From Ascoidea asiatica JCM 7603 (taxonomy: Eukaryota; Fungi; Ascomycota): a stretch of 64,000 nt of DNA. Every line of letters starts with the position of its first letter. The first letter of the stretch is position 1. Below are positions 11,510 to 22,279 of this stretch, piece by piece. The translations under genes were made by a program, and so were the position numbers. Where the stretch lies: contig BCKQ01000007.1 of NCBI GenBank assembly GCA_001600695.1, positions 455,184-519,183 on the forward strand. Reading direction: 5' to 3'. Under the pieces are notes generated by a model that worked only from the letters and a program-made list of their open reading frames with translations, did no database searches and had not been told where the DNA came from.

Positions 11510-11890
11510 TTTTGATTCACTTCTTTAGGGTATTGTATATTTATAAGTTAAACCAAATCGAAACAAGAAAAATAGAAAAAAGAAATGATAACTTCATATT
11601 GAAAAATCATAAAGAGCTTATATACATCTATTTATATCCCTTCAAAGAAAAAAAAGAAAGAGAATGAACATTTTCAAATTATTGGTTTCAGTTTATATGT
11701 TTGTTACCTATTGTAAAAAAAAAAAAAAAAATAAAAGTCGTCGCGATGAAAATAACTGTGGTGTTTCTTTTTATTTTCAGTCTCTATTTTCCAGTTTGGC
11801 TACAATAGTGGAATAGTCAAAAAATATCAAAAATTATCAAAAATAATGAAAAATATCAAAAATGAAGTTATTTTTTTACTATTATTTTTC

Positions 11891-11941
11891 TTCCCGCTAA
11901 AACTTTCGGGGCGCCCGCATAAATCGGCCGATTTCCGGGGC
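11891..11941. promoter_or_regulatory. CGG/CCG-rich element in the divergent MFS/CMD promoter (putative Zn2Cys6 sites)
   Basis: CGG-N5-CCG at 11907-11917, plus CGGCCG and CCGGGG, within 50 bp of an otherwise AT-rich intergenic region. Confidence 0.45.
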
Positions 11942-12398
11942 TTTTTTCACTCTTTTCTCGTCCATAAGCTCTTTAATAGCCCGAAAACGCTACAAATAAT
12001 GCCTGAGTTTTATTCAATTAACAAATTTTCAGGGTCTGGTGGAAACTGGTTATTGTGGCAGAAAGTTGAGCAAAGTCAGATGATTGTGGGTGATTTATAA
12101 AGTGAATTTGCAACAGGAAATTTATTGTCCTATTTTATTGTATTTTATTTTATTCTATTCTATTATGTTATTTCGATGAGAATACTTCAATACGAATAAT
12201 ACGACTCCCCAAACTTTGTCCTGAGGTGAAGGGCATTTATTTCTAATAAAATGAAGGTTATAAGTGGAGCACTTGGCACTTACTGTTTTATTGTTCTTGA
12301 ATTCTTTTCAGATCAGTGAATAAATAAAAATAACACACATATTATTTTAGAGTTGAAAATTTTGTTAATTAATAACTAAATCTCAATCATTTACTAAA

Positions 12399-13124
12399 AT
12401 GTCTATAATAACTGAACGTCGTTCTGAGCTTGATAGATTTTTCATAGAATTAGAAGAAATCTATCCTAAAAATTCCACTGTGGAGAATCCATGGTATTTT
12501 ATTACTGCCTTAGCATTCACAATTCAAAGAAAATTAGATAAATTAGTCTATTTAGTTAAATATGTGTTAGAAAAAGATGAAGGGAACTTAGAAAAACAAA
12601 GAAGAAGATATACTATCATTAGGGAATCAATTTTTAAAACTGGTTGTTTATATGGAAATGCAGTAATGATAAATGCCTTAACTGCAGTTAATAAATCTAT
12701 TGATAAAAAATATATCAATACTTCAAGATCAAGAGATGCAAATAGGTCAATTGAAAATTTAAAAAAAGATGGTGATAAATATTTTTATAATTTATATGGT
12801 GATACAGTTGAACAAACTTTTGCAATTTTAAGAAATGTTTATCCAGATTATGAATATAGTGCAATTTCATTAATTTTTGGACCATTATTTGGTCATTTTA
12901 AAATTATAAATGAAATTGAAACTTCATATGCTATTTTTTCAACTTTTATAGCTTATAATTTACCTATACAAGCTGAATGGCATTTAAATGGTGCAATTAG
13001 AAATGGTGCAACCAAAGAAGAAGTTATGGCTGCGAGAAAAATTGCAATAATTGCAAGTGATGCTAATGAAAATGATGTTCCAATACCAACTGTTACTGAA
13101 AGAAAATTGACTTCGAAATTATAA
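12399..13124 (+). CDS. Carboxymuconolactone decarboxylase/AhpD-like protein (Pxp2-like) with C-terminal PTS1 -SKL
   Basis: IIRESIFKTGCLYG...INAL and QAEWHLNGAIRNGATKEEV CMD-fold motifs; no CxxC; ends KLTSKL. Confidence 0.8.
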   Translation: MSIITERRSELDRFFIELEEIYPKNSTVENPWYFITALAFTIQRKLDKLVYLVKYVLEKDEGNLEKQRRRYTIIRESIFKTGCLYGNAVMINALTAVNKSIDKKYINTSRSRDANRSIENLKKDGDKYFYNLYGDTVEQTFAILRNVYPDYEYSAISLIFGPLFGHFKIINEIETSYAIFSTFIAYNLPIQAEWHLNGAIRNGATKEEVMAARKIAIIASDANENDVPIPTVTERKLTSKL

Positions 13125-13172
13125 TTAATTTTCTTTTTAAATTTTATATAACTATATATCTATTAATCTATT

Positions 13173-13284
13173 ATTAGTCAATTAGTCAATTAGTCAATTA
13201 GTCAATTAGTCAATTAGTCAATTAGTCAATTAGTCAATTAGTCAATTAGTCAATTAGTATATTAGTATATTAGTATATTAGTCT
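13173..13284. repeat. 8-bp tandem array (ATTAGTCA)x10 + (ATTAGTAT)x3 + ATTAGTCT
   Basis: Read directly; lies between convergent 3' ends. Confidence 0.95.
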
Positions 13285-13356
13285 ATGTGTTTATGCGTCT
13301 ATATTTGGGTATTTACTAATTATTTATATTAACTAATTCAATTCAATCTTTTTTTA

Positions 13357-14286
13357 TTAAAATCTAGCTTTTGGTAATGGATAATAACCAAGTTTATTTA
13401 AAATTTCACCACCTTTTTTGAATTTATTTAATTGTTCTTGAGTTGCCCAAATCGGAGCCAATTTTTGAATACTCTGTTCAATTTCAGTTAATTCTCCATC
13501 ATTTATTAACCATGTATTACCATTTAAATTTGAATCAGTAGTAATTTGTAAAATTGCACTTGCAACTTGCTCTGGAGTATTTTTTGGTCCACCATTTGAA
13601 ATCCAATTATCACTTAATTCATTCATCATATAAGTTTTTGTAAAAGATGGAGCAATTGCATTTACTTTAAAATATTTGAATTTATTTGAATATGTTTGTA
13701 AAGTCCTTAAAACTCCAACAACTCCATGTTTTGCAGCTTTATATGATAATTGTCCTAAACCACCAAAATATCCTGAGGTTGAAGCAATTAATGTAATTCT
13801 TTTATTACAAATACCTTCATTAAAATTTTTTGATTTTTTAAAATAATAAAGACTTAATTTAACTATATTCATAACACCTTTTAAATTTATATCTAATGGT
13901 TTATAATTTGGTTTTTCTAAATAATTTGTAGATTTATTTATATTTTCATCTAAAAAATCTATAGATTCTAATATACCTGCAACTGGTATAACAACATCTA
14001 AAGAACCATAATTTTTAATTATATATTCAAATCCATTGATTAATTGTTCCCAATTTAAAACGTCACAATATAAATATTTTATTTTCCTAGAAGAATATCT
14101 TTCAATTAACAATTTTTCATATTCTATTGAATCATTTTTTAATAAATCCATGAATATCACAATTGCACCATTCTTGAGTAATAATTCAACTAAAGCTTTT
14201 CCAATACCACTACCACCTCCAGTAACAAGAACAACTTGATCTTTAATTCTGAAAAAATTTGAAGTATTTGATTGAATTGATGTCAT
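13357..14286 (-). CDS. Classical short-chain dehydrogenase/reductase (15-PGDH/AdhA-like), PTS1-like -ARF end
   Basis: TGGGSGIG Rossmann motif, YKAAK catalytic motif, acidic residue after beta-2 (FMD) suggesting NAD preference; ends PKARF. Confidence 0.88.
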   Translation of the reverse strand: MTSIQSNTSNFFRIKDQVVLVTGGGSGIGKALVELLLKNGAIVIFMDLLKNDSIEYEKLLIERYSSRKIKYLYCDVLNWEQLINGFEYIIKNYGSLDVVIPVAGILESIDFLDENINKSTNYLEKPNYKPLDINLKGVMNIVKLSLYYFKKSKNFNEGICNKRITLIASTSGYFGGLGQLSYKAAKHGVVGVLRTLQTYSNKFKYFKVNAIAPSFTKTYMMNELSDNWISNGGPKNTPEQVASAILQITTDSNLNGNTWLINDGELTEIEQSIQKLAPIWATQEQLNKFKKGGEILNKLGYYPLPKARF

Positions 14287-15308
14287 CTTGAATATTTTAT
14301 AAAAATTATGACTTGAAAAAATATGTATTTCTTTTTTTTGGGTTTCCAGATTTATTTTTACCTTTGAGAATATAAAAAGAGAATATTTTCTGAAATAGCT
14401 ATTTATTTATCAAAATATTGTCCTTCTTATTTTCGACTTAAATAATGAAGAAAATATGATTAGAGTCATTTCAAGATTCCATCTCATTGGCGATAAATTT
14501 GTTAATTCGAATTAATTTTACCGAGAAACAGCTGAAAAGAAAGGGTTTCTTCCCCTGACAATGAACTTTGAATTACTCTGAGGTTTATTCAAAGCTGTTT
14601 AAAATAAAGTGACTTGATATTACTTGTAATTATTCTAAAATATTGTCATAAATCATGCTTTATTTCAAATTCCTCATTGGGAATTTTTTTTCTTTCTCAA
14701 ATTCGTTTATTTTTTTAAAAAGTGTGGAGGTGAAAAATTCCCAAAACAAAGCAAAATCCCGCAAAGTTTCAAAGAAACCCGCAAAAAAAAAATCAAAAAA
14801 TCAAAAAATCAGATCCAAAGTTCTGGTCTCAAAATAAAACCCAATAATCTGGATTTTAAATATTTATCCAAGTGCATGGTCTCAAATATGCACGTGATTG
14901 TTTTTATTTTTTTATTTTTTTTTTCAAAAAAACTATTTGTATTTTTAAAGGAAAGTGAGATTTTTATTGAAAAAATGATGATAAACAAATCTAAATCCTT
15001 TTGAGAAACTGAAATCATGAAATAAGTGAGATTCAGTTCTTTACAAGAGCTTCAATAATGATCTTTGAGATTTGCATTAAAAGGTGCTTTTTAAATTCCT
15101 TTTAACATGTTTTTTTTTCAAAAAAACCAAAGCCATTAAGCTATTCCGATAATTCTTTTACATTTCCGAAATGGGTTTTTATGTTCAATCAACTTCTTTT
15201 ATTCAAGATTGAATAGTTGAATAAAAGTAATATTATTTGAGTATGTTCTGAAATAGTTATAAAATGCTAAATGACAATGAGTGGCTGGCAGAGTTTAAAG
15301 AGTGTGAA

Positions 15309-15315
15309 GGGTGCA
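15309..15315 (-). promoter_or_regulatory. Aft1/2-type iron-responsive element TGCACCC upstream of FET4
   Basis: GGGTGCA on the plus strand, ~930 bp upstream of the FET4 ATG. Confidence 0.45.
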
Positions 15316-15489
15316 AAAAAAAAAAATTCTTTTATCCTCCATTTTTTTCTTTGATTTCAAAAATATAACTATAATATTCTTAGTTATTCTTATTGAATTA
15401 TTTCTACATGAATATTTTATTATTATAATAAGGCCATAATCTGCTCAAAAGATGTCTATTTTTTTAATATTTAATAAAAATAAGAATAA

Positions 15490-15501
15490 TTTATTGTTCT
15501 C
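15490..15501 (+). promoter_or_regulatory. Rox1-type hypoxic operator YYYATTGTTCTC upstream of FET4
   Basis: TTTATTGTTCTC, a full match to the consensus. Confidence 0.45.
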
Positions 15502-16245
15502 AAGTTTGCTCGGGGTTTGAATTGATCCTTAATTTTTAATACTTCTCTAGAAGCATAAATAATATTATCTTCTTCAATTTATTATCTTTTTGATATTGAT
15601 TTTTTCTGGAAATTTAAGCTCAAACCTAATTTAGTAAAATAATCTCATTCAAACACTCTTTACTATATTTCAATGTTCTATACCCCCTATAAAAATTTCA
15701 ATCTAATGGTAACAGTTACAAAATAATATTATATTTATATATTCACTGGTTAATTCCTTTTAGAAATATAAGGTTAAATTTCTCAAAGGATATTTTTAAT
15801 AGTTTTCAGTAAATGCTACTTAAATTTTTTATCTAAATGATCAATTCACTTAAAATATAAAAGTTATTCTCTCCAATTAAACGGCATTGCTGAATATAAA
15901 GAGAAAAGCGTTTATTTAAAAGAGTATAACTGTTTACTCAGAAGAATTTGTTTTTATCACTATGTTTAATATTCTTCAACTTGGGTTTGCATCTGGTTTT
16001 GAAAAGTATTTGCAAGAGCATCTGTAAAAACTTTAGATTGAATAGATAACAAGGGAAAATATTTATTTCAAAAAACTGAAAAAAAAGGTATAAATATGTA
16101 TAGTATTTTCCCCCTTATTCAGTGTTTAAATTCTTAAATATTTTTGATAAGAATCATTATTATTGAAGAAAGATAATTATCATTCAAATCTAGTTAACTT
16201 ACAAATTTATTAACAATTTTTTCTTTAATACTTTTTAATATCAAT

Positions 16246-17904
16246 ATGGACAAGGAAAATTTAAAATCAAAATCAAAATCTGCTGGTACGGTTCTTAATT
16301 CCTCTGCTTCTTCTTCAAATTCTTTTGAAGGTCAAGAAATAGAAGCTGATAAAACAGGAAAAGATTACCATGGATGGGAAAAAGTTAGATATTATTTTAG
16401 ATCTCCAGGAAGATCATATTCTACTGTTTCATCTTCTACTATTATTACTGAAGACTATAAAAATTCTTTAGAAAAAGATTGTAATGGTGACCAAGCTTCC
16501 ATTAATCATTCCTTAGTTAAAAACCTTTTAGTTCCAAAATCAACAATATTTGGTAGAGCTTATGATCATATTACTAGTTGTGCTGGTAATTCACTTATAT
16601 TTTTATTAACTGTGTTGGTTATTATTGTTTGGGCTATATTAGGTATTGTATACGAAGCTCCTGATAATTGGCAAATTGCCATGCAAGATGGTAGTTCAAT
16701 TCAAGCATATTTATCCGATTCTTTGTTGATGAGACAACAACAAAATCAAGTTAGAGATTTATTACAATTAATTGCAGAATTAAGATCAGGATCAATTACT
16801 TATTTAAAAATGTTCAAAGATAATTTATCTTTTTCAAAATCAAAAGAATGCCAATTAACTAAGGATGAAATTGAAGAAATCAATAAAAAGGTCATATCTG
16901 AAGTTGGTGATGCAGAAAGTTTAAAAACTAATAATTGGTATGATTCAATTTCAAATATTGCTTCGAAGATTTTTGGTTCAATTTATTGTGTTATTTTATA
17001 TTGGATTGGAATTTTTATTTGGATTGGATTAGGTTCTTTACCTTATTTGAAATTCAATGATACATGGCAACTATATATTAATACTGCAGTTGCAGTTGAA
17101 ATTACTTTGGTTTCAATGTTTGTTCAAAATATTCGTCATAGACATAATATTTATGTTCAAAAATCAATTGCATTAGTAATAGCTACTGATTATGATGTTG
17201 AATATAAGCTTAGAAAATTAAGTGGATTTGAAATGCCTGGTGAAAGAGTTATTATAAATGGAATGAGTTTCACAAAAGGTGAAAGAGCTATTGAATATTA
17301 TGCTGCAATTATTGGTACAGGTGTAGGTATTGTTATTAGTATTGCTGTATTTGTAACATGGATTGCAATTGGTGAGAAAATGAACTTTTCAGATAATTGG
17401 TGGTTAATAATTGGTACATATACTGGATTAGTTGGTTTTATTGATGGCTTTACATTAAGATCTTCCTATTATCGTTATTATAATTTTATTTATGAACAAT
17501 TTAAAAAAGTTGAAAATGAAGATTGCAAATTATTAAACACTTTAAATATCAAAGAAGAAGATAATAAGTATAAATTAATTACAGAACATATTCCAATGTC
17601 TAGTAGATCTTTCAATTATAGAGCAAGTGCTTTTGTTGGTAGAATTTTTTCTAGTACTTTAGCAGTAGGAATTTCAGTTTTAGTTGTTATTGCTTTAATT
17701 TGTATTGCAAGTGCAATGAAATGGGAAACAACTGCTCAATTAATTTGTAATTCACCCACAATGATCATCGAAGGATTTTGTTTATTAGTTTTATTAGAAG
17801 GTCATAATCAAAACAATGCTCAATTAAGAGTTTATGTTCATGATTGCTTACAAAGAAAATTATATTTGCAATATTACATCAATAAAATGACAAAACTGAA
17901 TTAA
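16246..17904 (+). CDS. FET4: Low-affinity Fe(II) permease Fet4
   Basis: APDNWQIAMQDGSSIQAY..SLLMRQQQ, WQLYINTAVA, WWLIIGTYTGLVGFIDGF, QLICNSPTMIIEGF. Confidence 0.95.
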   Translation: MDKENLKSKSKSAGTVLNSSASSSNSFEGQEIEADKTGKDYHGWEKVRYYFRSPGRSYSTVSSSTIITEDYKNSLEKDCNGDQASINHSLVKNLLVPKSTIFGRAYDHITSCAGNSLIFLLTVLVIIVWAILGIVYEAPDNWQIAMQDGSSIQAYLSDSLLMRQQQNQVRDLLQLIAELRSGSITYLKMFKDNLSFSKSKECQLTKDEIEEINKKVISEVGDAESLKTNNWYDSISNIASKIFGSIYCVILYWIGIFIWIGLGSLPYLKFNDTWQLYINTAVAVEITLVSMFVQNIRHRHNIYVQKSIALVIATDYDVEYKLRKLSGFEMPGERVIINGMSFTKGERAIEYYAAIIGTGVGIVISIAVFVTWIAIGEKMNFSDNWWLIIGTYTGLVGFIDGFTLRSSYYRYYNFIYEQFKKVENEDCKLLNTLNIKEEDNKYKLITEHIPMSSRSFNYRASAFVGRIFSSTLAVGISVLVVIALICIASAMKWETTAQLICNSPTMIIEGFCLLVLLEGHNQNNAQLRVYVHDCLQRKLYLQYYINKMTKLN

Positions 17905-18464
17905 TTTCAACTTTTTTGCTCTATTAAATGAGCTTTTTAATCAAATTTTCTTAATTTTTTTAATTTTTCATACTTTTCCTAGTTTTTAAATAAAAAATTT
18001 CAATAAGTTTGTTACTTATTTTTTGTTGCTGAATCTTTTTTTTACTTGACGTTCTTTTTAATGTTCTTTTTTCTTTAATTATTTTTATTTTTTTGTTTTC
18101 TAAAGCTTATTTAATAAATTAACTTTAATATCAGATCATTCATTTATAAGTAAAAACAAAAAAAAATATATTCATCTTTTTTGTTGTATTTTCATAAATA
18201 AATTCAAAATTACTTCAACGAAAATAACTTTAGCGAATTATAATTAGTAGACATATTATTTACGAATTGCTTACTGTATTCACAAACAGTCTTCTTATCT
18301 ATTGGCCTGGAGTCCTTGAAACTAAAAATCGGCCGTTTTTGCTTAAGTTGAGCTGTTTTCATGGGTTTATTTCTAGATTTTTACGATATAAACGATAAAA
18401 TGTTAAAATAAAGTACTTTTATATAAAGTGAGAAATATAGAAACAATATTGAGTTTGTGTGAGT

Positions 18465-19627
18465 ATGAACAATAGTAGATATATTTTAAAAGAAACTAGA
18501 GATCCAGCAACAATACATTGGTGTCATTTACAATGTGGAGTTACATGGAAAGGTAAACTAAGTGAAGAAGCATTTGCTAATAGGGAGGATTATATTTCAA
18601 GCAAATGTGAAATTTATAAAATAAAAAGTAATGAAGATAATAATTTAGCTGGATTATTTAGGTATATAATGGTGGATGTTAAGAAAAAAGATAAAATTGT
18701 TGGAGCATGTGAGTTATTGGTTAGAAATTATTATAAAATTGATTTAAATAATGAAGGAAAAGAAAATTTCAGAGAAATATTGTCACCATGTGTTGGGTTT
18801 GTTCATATTTTGCCAGAAGAAAGACAAAAGGGAGTTTGTGAAAATATGATTAGTCAATTGAATAAAATGATTGAGAATAAATATGGTAAGGAAAGTTTTT
18901 CGACTCTATATTCAGGAGTAGGCGACTATTATAAAAGAGTTGAATATGATTCAAAGAAAACTGGTTTAGTAATGATTAAACCATTTGAAGACTTCAAGGA
19001 AATCATTGATAATAAATATTTATCAAATGAAAAATATAAAATAAGCTTGATTGATGATATAACTAGAGTTGAAAAACTAATCGAAATCGATATGGTAAGT
19101 CAAAAAAACTTGTTAAAAGAAGAGTTTGAAAGAGATTCAATTACAAGAATTGCCTGCATTCCTGAAATAGAAACATATAAAGTACATTTTGAGAAAGAAT
19201 TTTTCACAAATAAGTTTTTGAAAATCAACAGATCAAAAATATACGGATTGAAAATAGAAAATCTTTATACAAGAGAACTTTCAGGGTTTGTAATTTGGAT
19301 ATGTAATTTCATCCTGAATTACAAATTTTAAGATTATTTGTGAATGAAAAAAATTCGAATTTTAATAAAAAAGAGGAAATTTTCAGGAAATTAATAAATG
19401 AAACTAGAAAGTTTTCATATAAATTGGGAAATATAGATATTATAAAACTATGGCAAAGTGAAATTCCTTCTGAAATATATGAATCAATACTAGACTGGTT
19501 CAAAATTGATTTGAAACTTGAAACAGATGCTGAAGGTGGTGAATTACCTGCTATAAGATTCAATGATAGATCATTGAAGAACCAGAAATTTAAATGGGAA
19601 TATAATTAAAAATTCTGTTGGTTCTAA
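18465..19627 (+). pseudogene. Lyc1/YGR111W-like GNAT N-acetyltransferase, frameshifted and with a premature stop
   Basis: WKGKLSEEAFANRE, GNAT motif A (ERQKGVC), STLYSGVGDYY; frame change near 19305-19320; TAA at 19607 interrupts the family-type C-terminus WEYN*KFCWF*. Confidence 0.75.
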
Positions 19628-20152
19628 GTTTGTAATTGTGTGATTGAAATATATCATAAACTAATCATCCAAGCCATTTGGTAATGATAATGAATACACT
19701 TCACAATACAAATAAATAACCGTAAAATAAAATCATTTTCCATACTCTCGGCAAATGACCTCGGTGACTGTACGCAGCCATGCGTTTTGGTGACTTGACT
19801 AGAGAGCAGGATATGTGTACCGCTTCTTAGTGCACCAACTAGGATTTTGCGGGGTCGAACTGAGTGATGGACTGGGCAGTTTCCAAAAAATGCCAATATT
19901 GCCTAATTTGGAAATTTAGACGGAAAACGGAAATCGAACAATGGTTATCAATGCGGAAATCGACTGGGGGTGAGAAGAACTTCATCAAAGATAGAAGAAG
20001 AGATAAGTAAAAGTAAAAGATAAATGAGAGAGAGATAAACAAGAGATTAAGAAGAAGAGAATTGAAGAACACAATTAGAGAATAACCAATTGCCAAATCA
20101 AATAAACTATCGCTTTCAAAAGAAAAGCAAAGAACTATTTTAAACAAACAGA

Positions 20153-22279
20153 ATGCAGAGTACATCTATTCCAATTCCCATTCAAGAAACGGTGGGTAAT
20201 GAGATTCTTCTGAAAACAGATTTAGCTCCCTCAGATTCATCAAATATTACATTTCCTTTAATTCAAACAAATAAAACAGATAAGTCTTTGGGAAACAACA
20301 CAAATGGCTTTATGAATTTAAGGACTTCTATGCTTTCAGGATTACCACCTCATATCTTGTCAAAAATTATAGAAAAGTTACCTTTAGATAAAGTTTACTT
20401 ATTATCATTATCTCCATACACTGCAAAAATTTCAAATTCAAAATTATATAAAAATGTATTAATTTATAATAAAAATTATATCAATTTATTCACATTCTCA
20501 ATAACTTATATAATTGAAAAGAAAATTGATAAGCTTTTAATCATAGATTGCAATGATTTAAATCTTTTTAATTTCAATAATTTCATCTATATCAAAAATT
20601 TATTTTTTTTAATTCACTTAAAAATTAAATTAAATTTCGAAAGTTCAATGATGTCCAAGATTTTTAATAATTTACTCATTAATCAAAACTTAAATTTAAC
20701 AATTGTTCAATATAATGAATATGATTTTATTTATAAAAGTTATAATGTTTATCAAAATTATGATAAATTCTTGGATTCTTTCAGTCAAATTTTAGATAAC
20801 TTTAATTTAGCCAAAAATAATAATAATCATAATATTAATAATAACAATCTTACTCCTCTTTCAATTCATTTTAAGAATATTGATTTATCTCCTATAAATA
20901 ATTATGATAATTTATTTTCAAATAATTCAAATTTAACTGAAAATTTATTAAATTTAAATTTCAGTTATAGTAAATTAAATTGTTTATTAAATATAAATTT
21001 TAGACAAATTAATTCTTTGAATTTTTCAAATAATTATATCACAAATTTGAATAATAATTTTTTACCAAATTTAAAAAATTTAAAATATCTTGATTTATCA
21101 CATAATCAAATTGTTCATATGGAAGATTTAAATAACTTAATTAATTTAGAACATCTTAATCTATCAAATAATTCAATTTCATTAATTAATAATATAAATA
21201 ATTTAATTAATTTAAATCATTTAGATTTATCATTTAATAAAATTGATAATATTTTTGAAAATTCTTTAGGTTTCAATTTAGTTAATTTAAAATTTTTAGA
21301 TTTATCCAATAATAGAATAAGAAAGTTTATTTTATATACAAATTTATTAAGAAAATTGAATTTTTTAAATTTATCAAATAATTTTTATATTTCAGATGAA
21401 TCTTTAATTTATCTTAATGAACTATTCAACTTGAAGATATTAAAACTATCAAATTTATCAATAAATGATTTGAATAATTTTAATATAGATAATCTAAAAA
21501 ATTTAAACTTAATTGATCTATCAAATAATGACTTATCAGTTGGTAATTTATCTAGCAATTTAAATTTTTATGAAAAATTGTTTAAAATCAAGAATTTAAG
21601 TCATATTGATTTATCAAATAATTATAGATTGAAACTAAATTTCAATGAACTAATTAAGTTAATTAAGTTCAATAAAAATTTAAAAATTTTAAAATTATCA
21701 AATGTCTGTTACTCAATTGAAGAATCAAATCAGAATAATTTAGATTTACATAATACTAAACCAATTTATACCAATTTACAATTACTATATTTAAATAATA
21801 ATAAATTCAATAAAATTGAGAAAAATTTGTTTGATAATAATATTTTTTTCACAAAATTAAATGAACTAGATTTATCATCAAACATTTATATTAAAAAACT
21901 AGAAAATTTAAATAAGTTAAGTAATCTCAAAAAACTAATACTAAAAAATTTAACAATAAATAAAATTGAAAATTTGGACTTGGCTAATTTAATTTATTTA
22001 GATTTATCATCAAATAGAATTCATAAAATTGAAAATTTAAATAATTTATCAAAATTATTAGTTTTAAATTTATCTGAAAATCATATTAATAAAATTGAAA
22101 ATTTAAATAACCTAAAAAATTTGAAGATATTAAACTTGTCTTATAATCAAAATATAAAATTACTAGAAAACTTGAGTGGACTAACTCAATTGAAAAAGCT
22201 AATAATTAGAAATGGGTATAATAGTATTGAAAATATTAGACAATGCTATGTTTCTTATAAATTTGAAATTAGTTGTTGA
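20153..22279 (+). CDS. F-box-like + SDS22-type leucine-rich repeat protein
   Basis: LSGLPPHILSKIIEKLP F-box-like motif; many LxxLDLSxNxIxxIENL repeats. Confidence 0.75.
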   Translation: MQSTSIPIPIQETVGNEILLKTDLAPSDSSNITFPLIQTNKTDKSLGNNTNGFMNLRTSMLSGLPPHILSKIIEKLPLDKVYLLSLSPYTAKISNSKLYKNVLIYNKNYINLFTFSITYIIEKKIDKLLIIDCNDLNLFNFNNFIYIKNLFFLIHLKIKLNFESSMMSKIFNNLLINQNLNLTIVQYNEYDFIYKSYNVYQNYDKFLDSFSQILDNFNLAKNNNNHNINNNNLTPLSIHFKNIDLSPINNYDNLFSNNSNLTENLLNLNFSYSKLNCLLNINFRQINSLNFSNNYITNLNNNFLPNLKNLKYLDLSHNQIVHMEDLNNLINLEHLNLSNNSISLINNINNLINLNHLDLSFNKIDNIFENSLGFNLVNLKFLDLSNNRIRKFILYTNLLRKLNFLNLSNNFYISDESLIYLNELFNLKILKLSNLSINDLNNFNIDNLKNLNLIDLSNNDLSVGNLSSNLNFYEKLFKIKNLSHIDLSNNYRLKLNFNELIKLIKFNKNLKILKLSNVCYSIEESNQNNLDLHNTKPIYTNLQLLYLNNNKFNKIEKNLFDNNIFFTKLNELDLSSNIYIKKLENLNKLSNLKKLILKNLTINKIENLDLANLIYLDLSSNRIHKIENLNNLSKLLVLNLSENHINKIENLNNLKNLKILNLSYNQNIKLLENLSGLTQLKKLIIRNGYNSIENIRQCYVSYKFEISC

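Noticed and set aside
19851-19861. Isolated B-box-like words (GTTCGACCC on the minus strand; also ~1977)
   Set aside because: No A-box or cloverleaf; too short to support an ETC site or tRNA call
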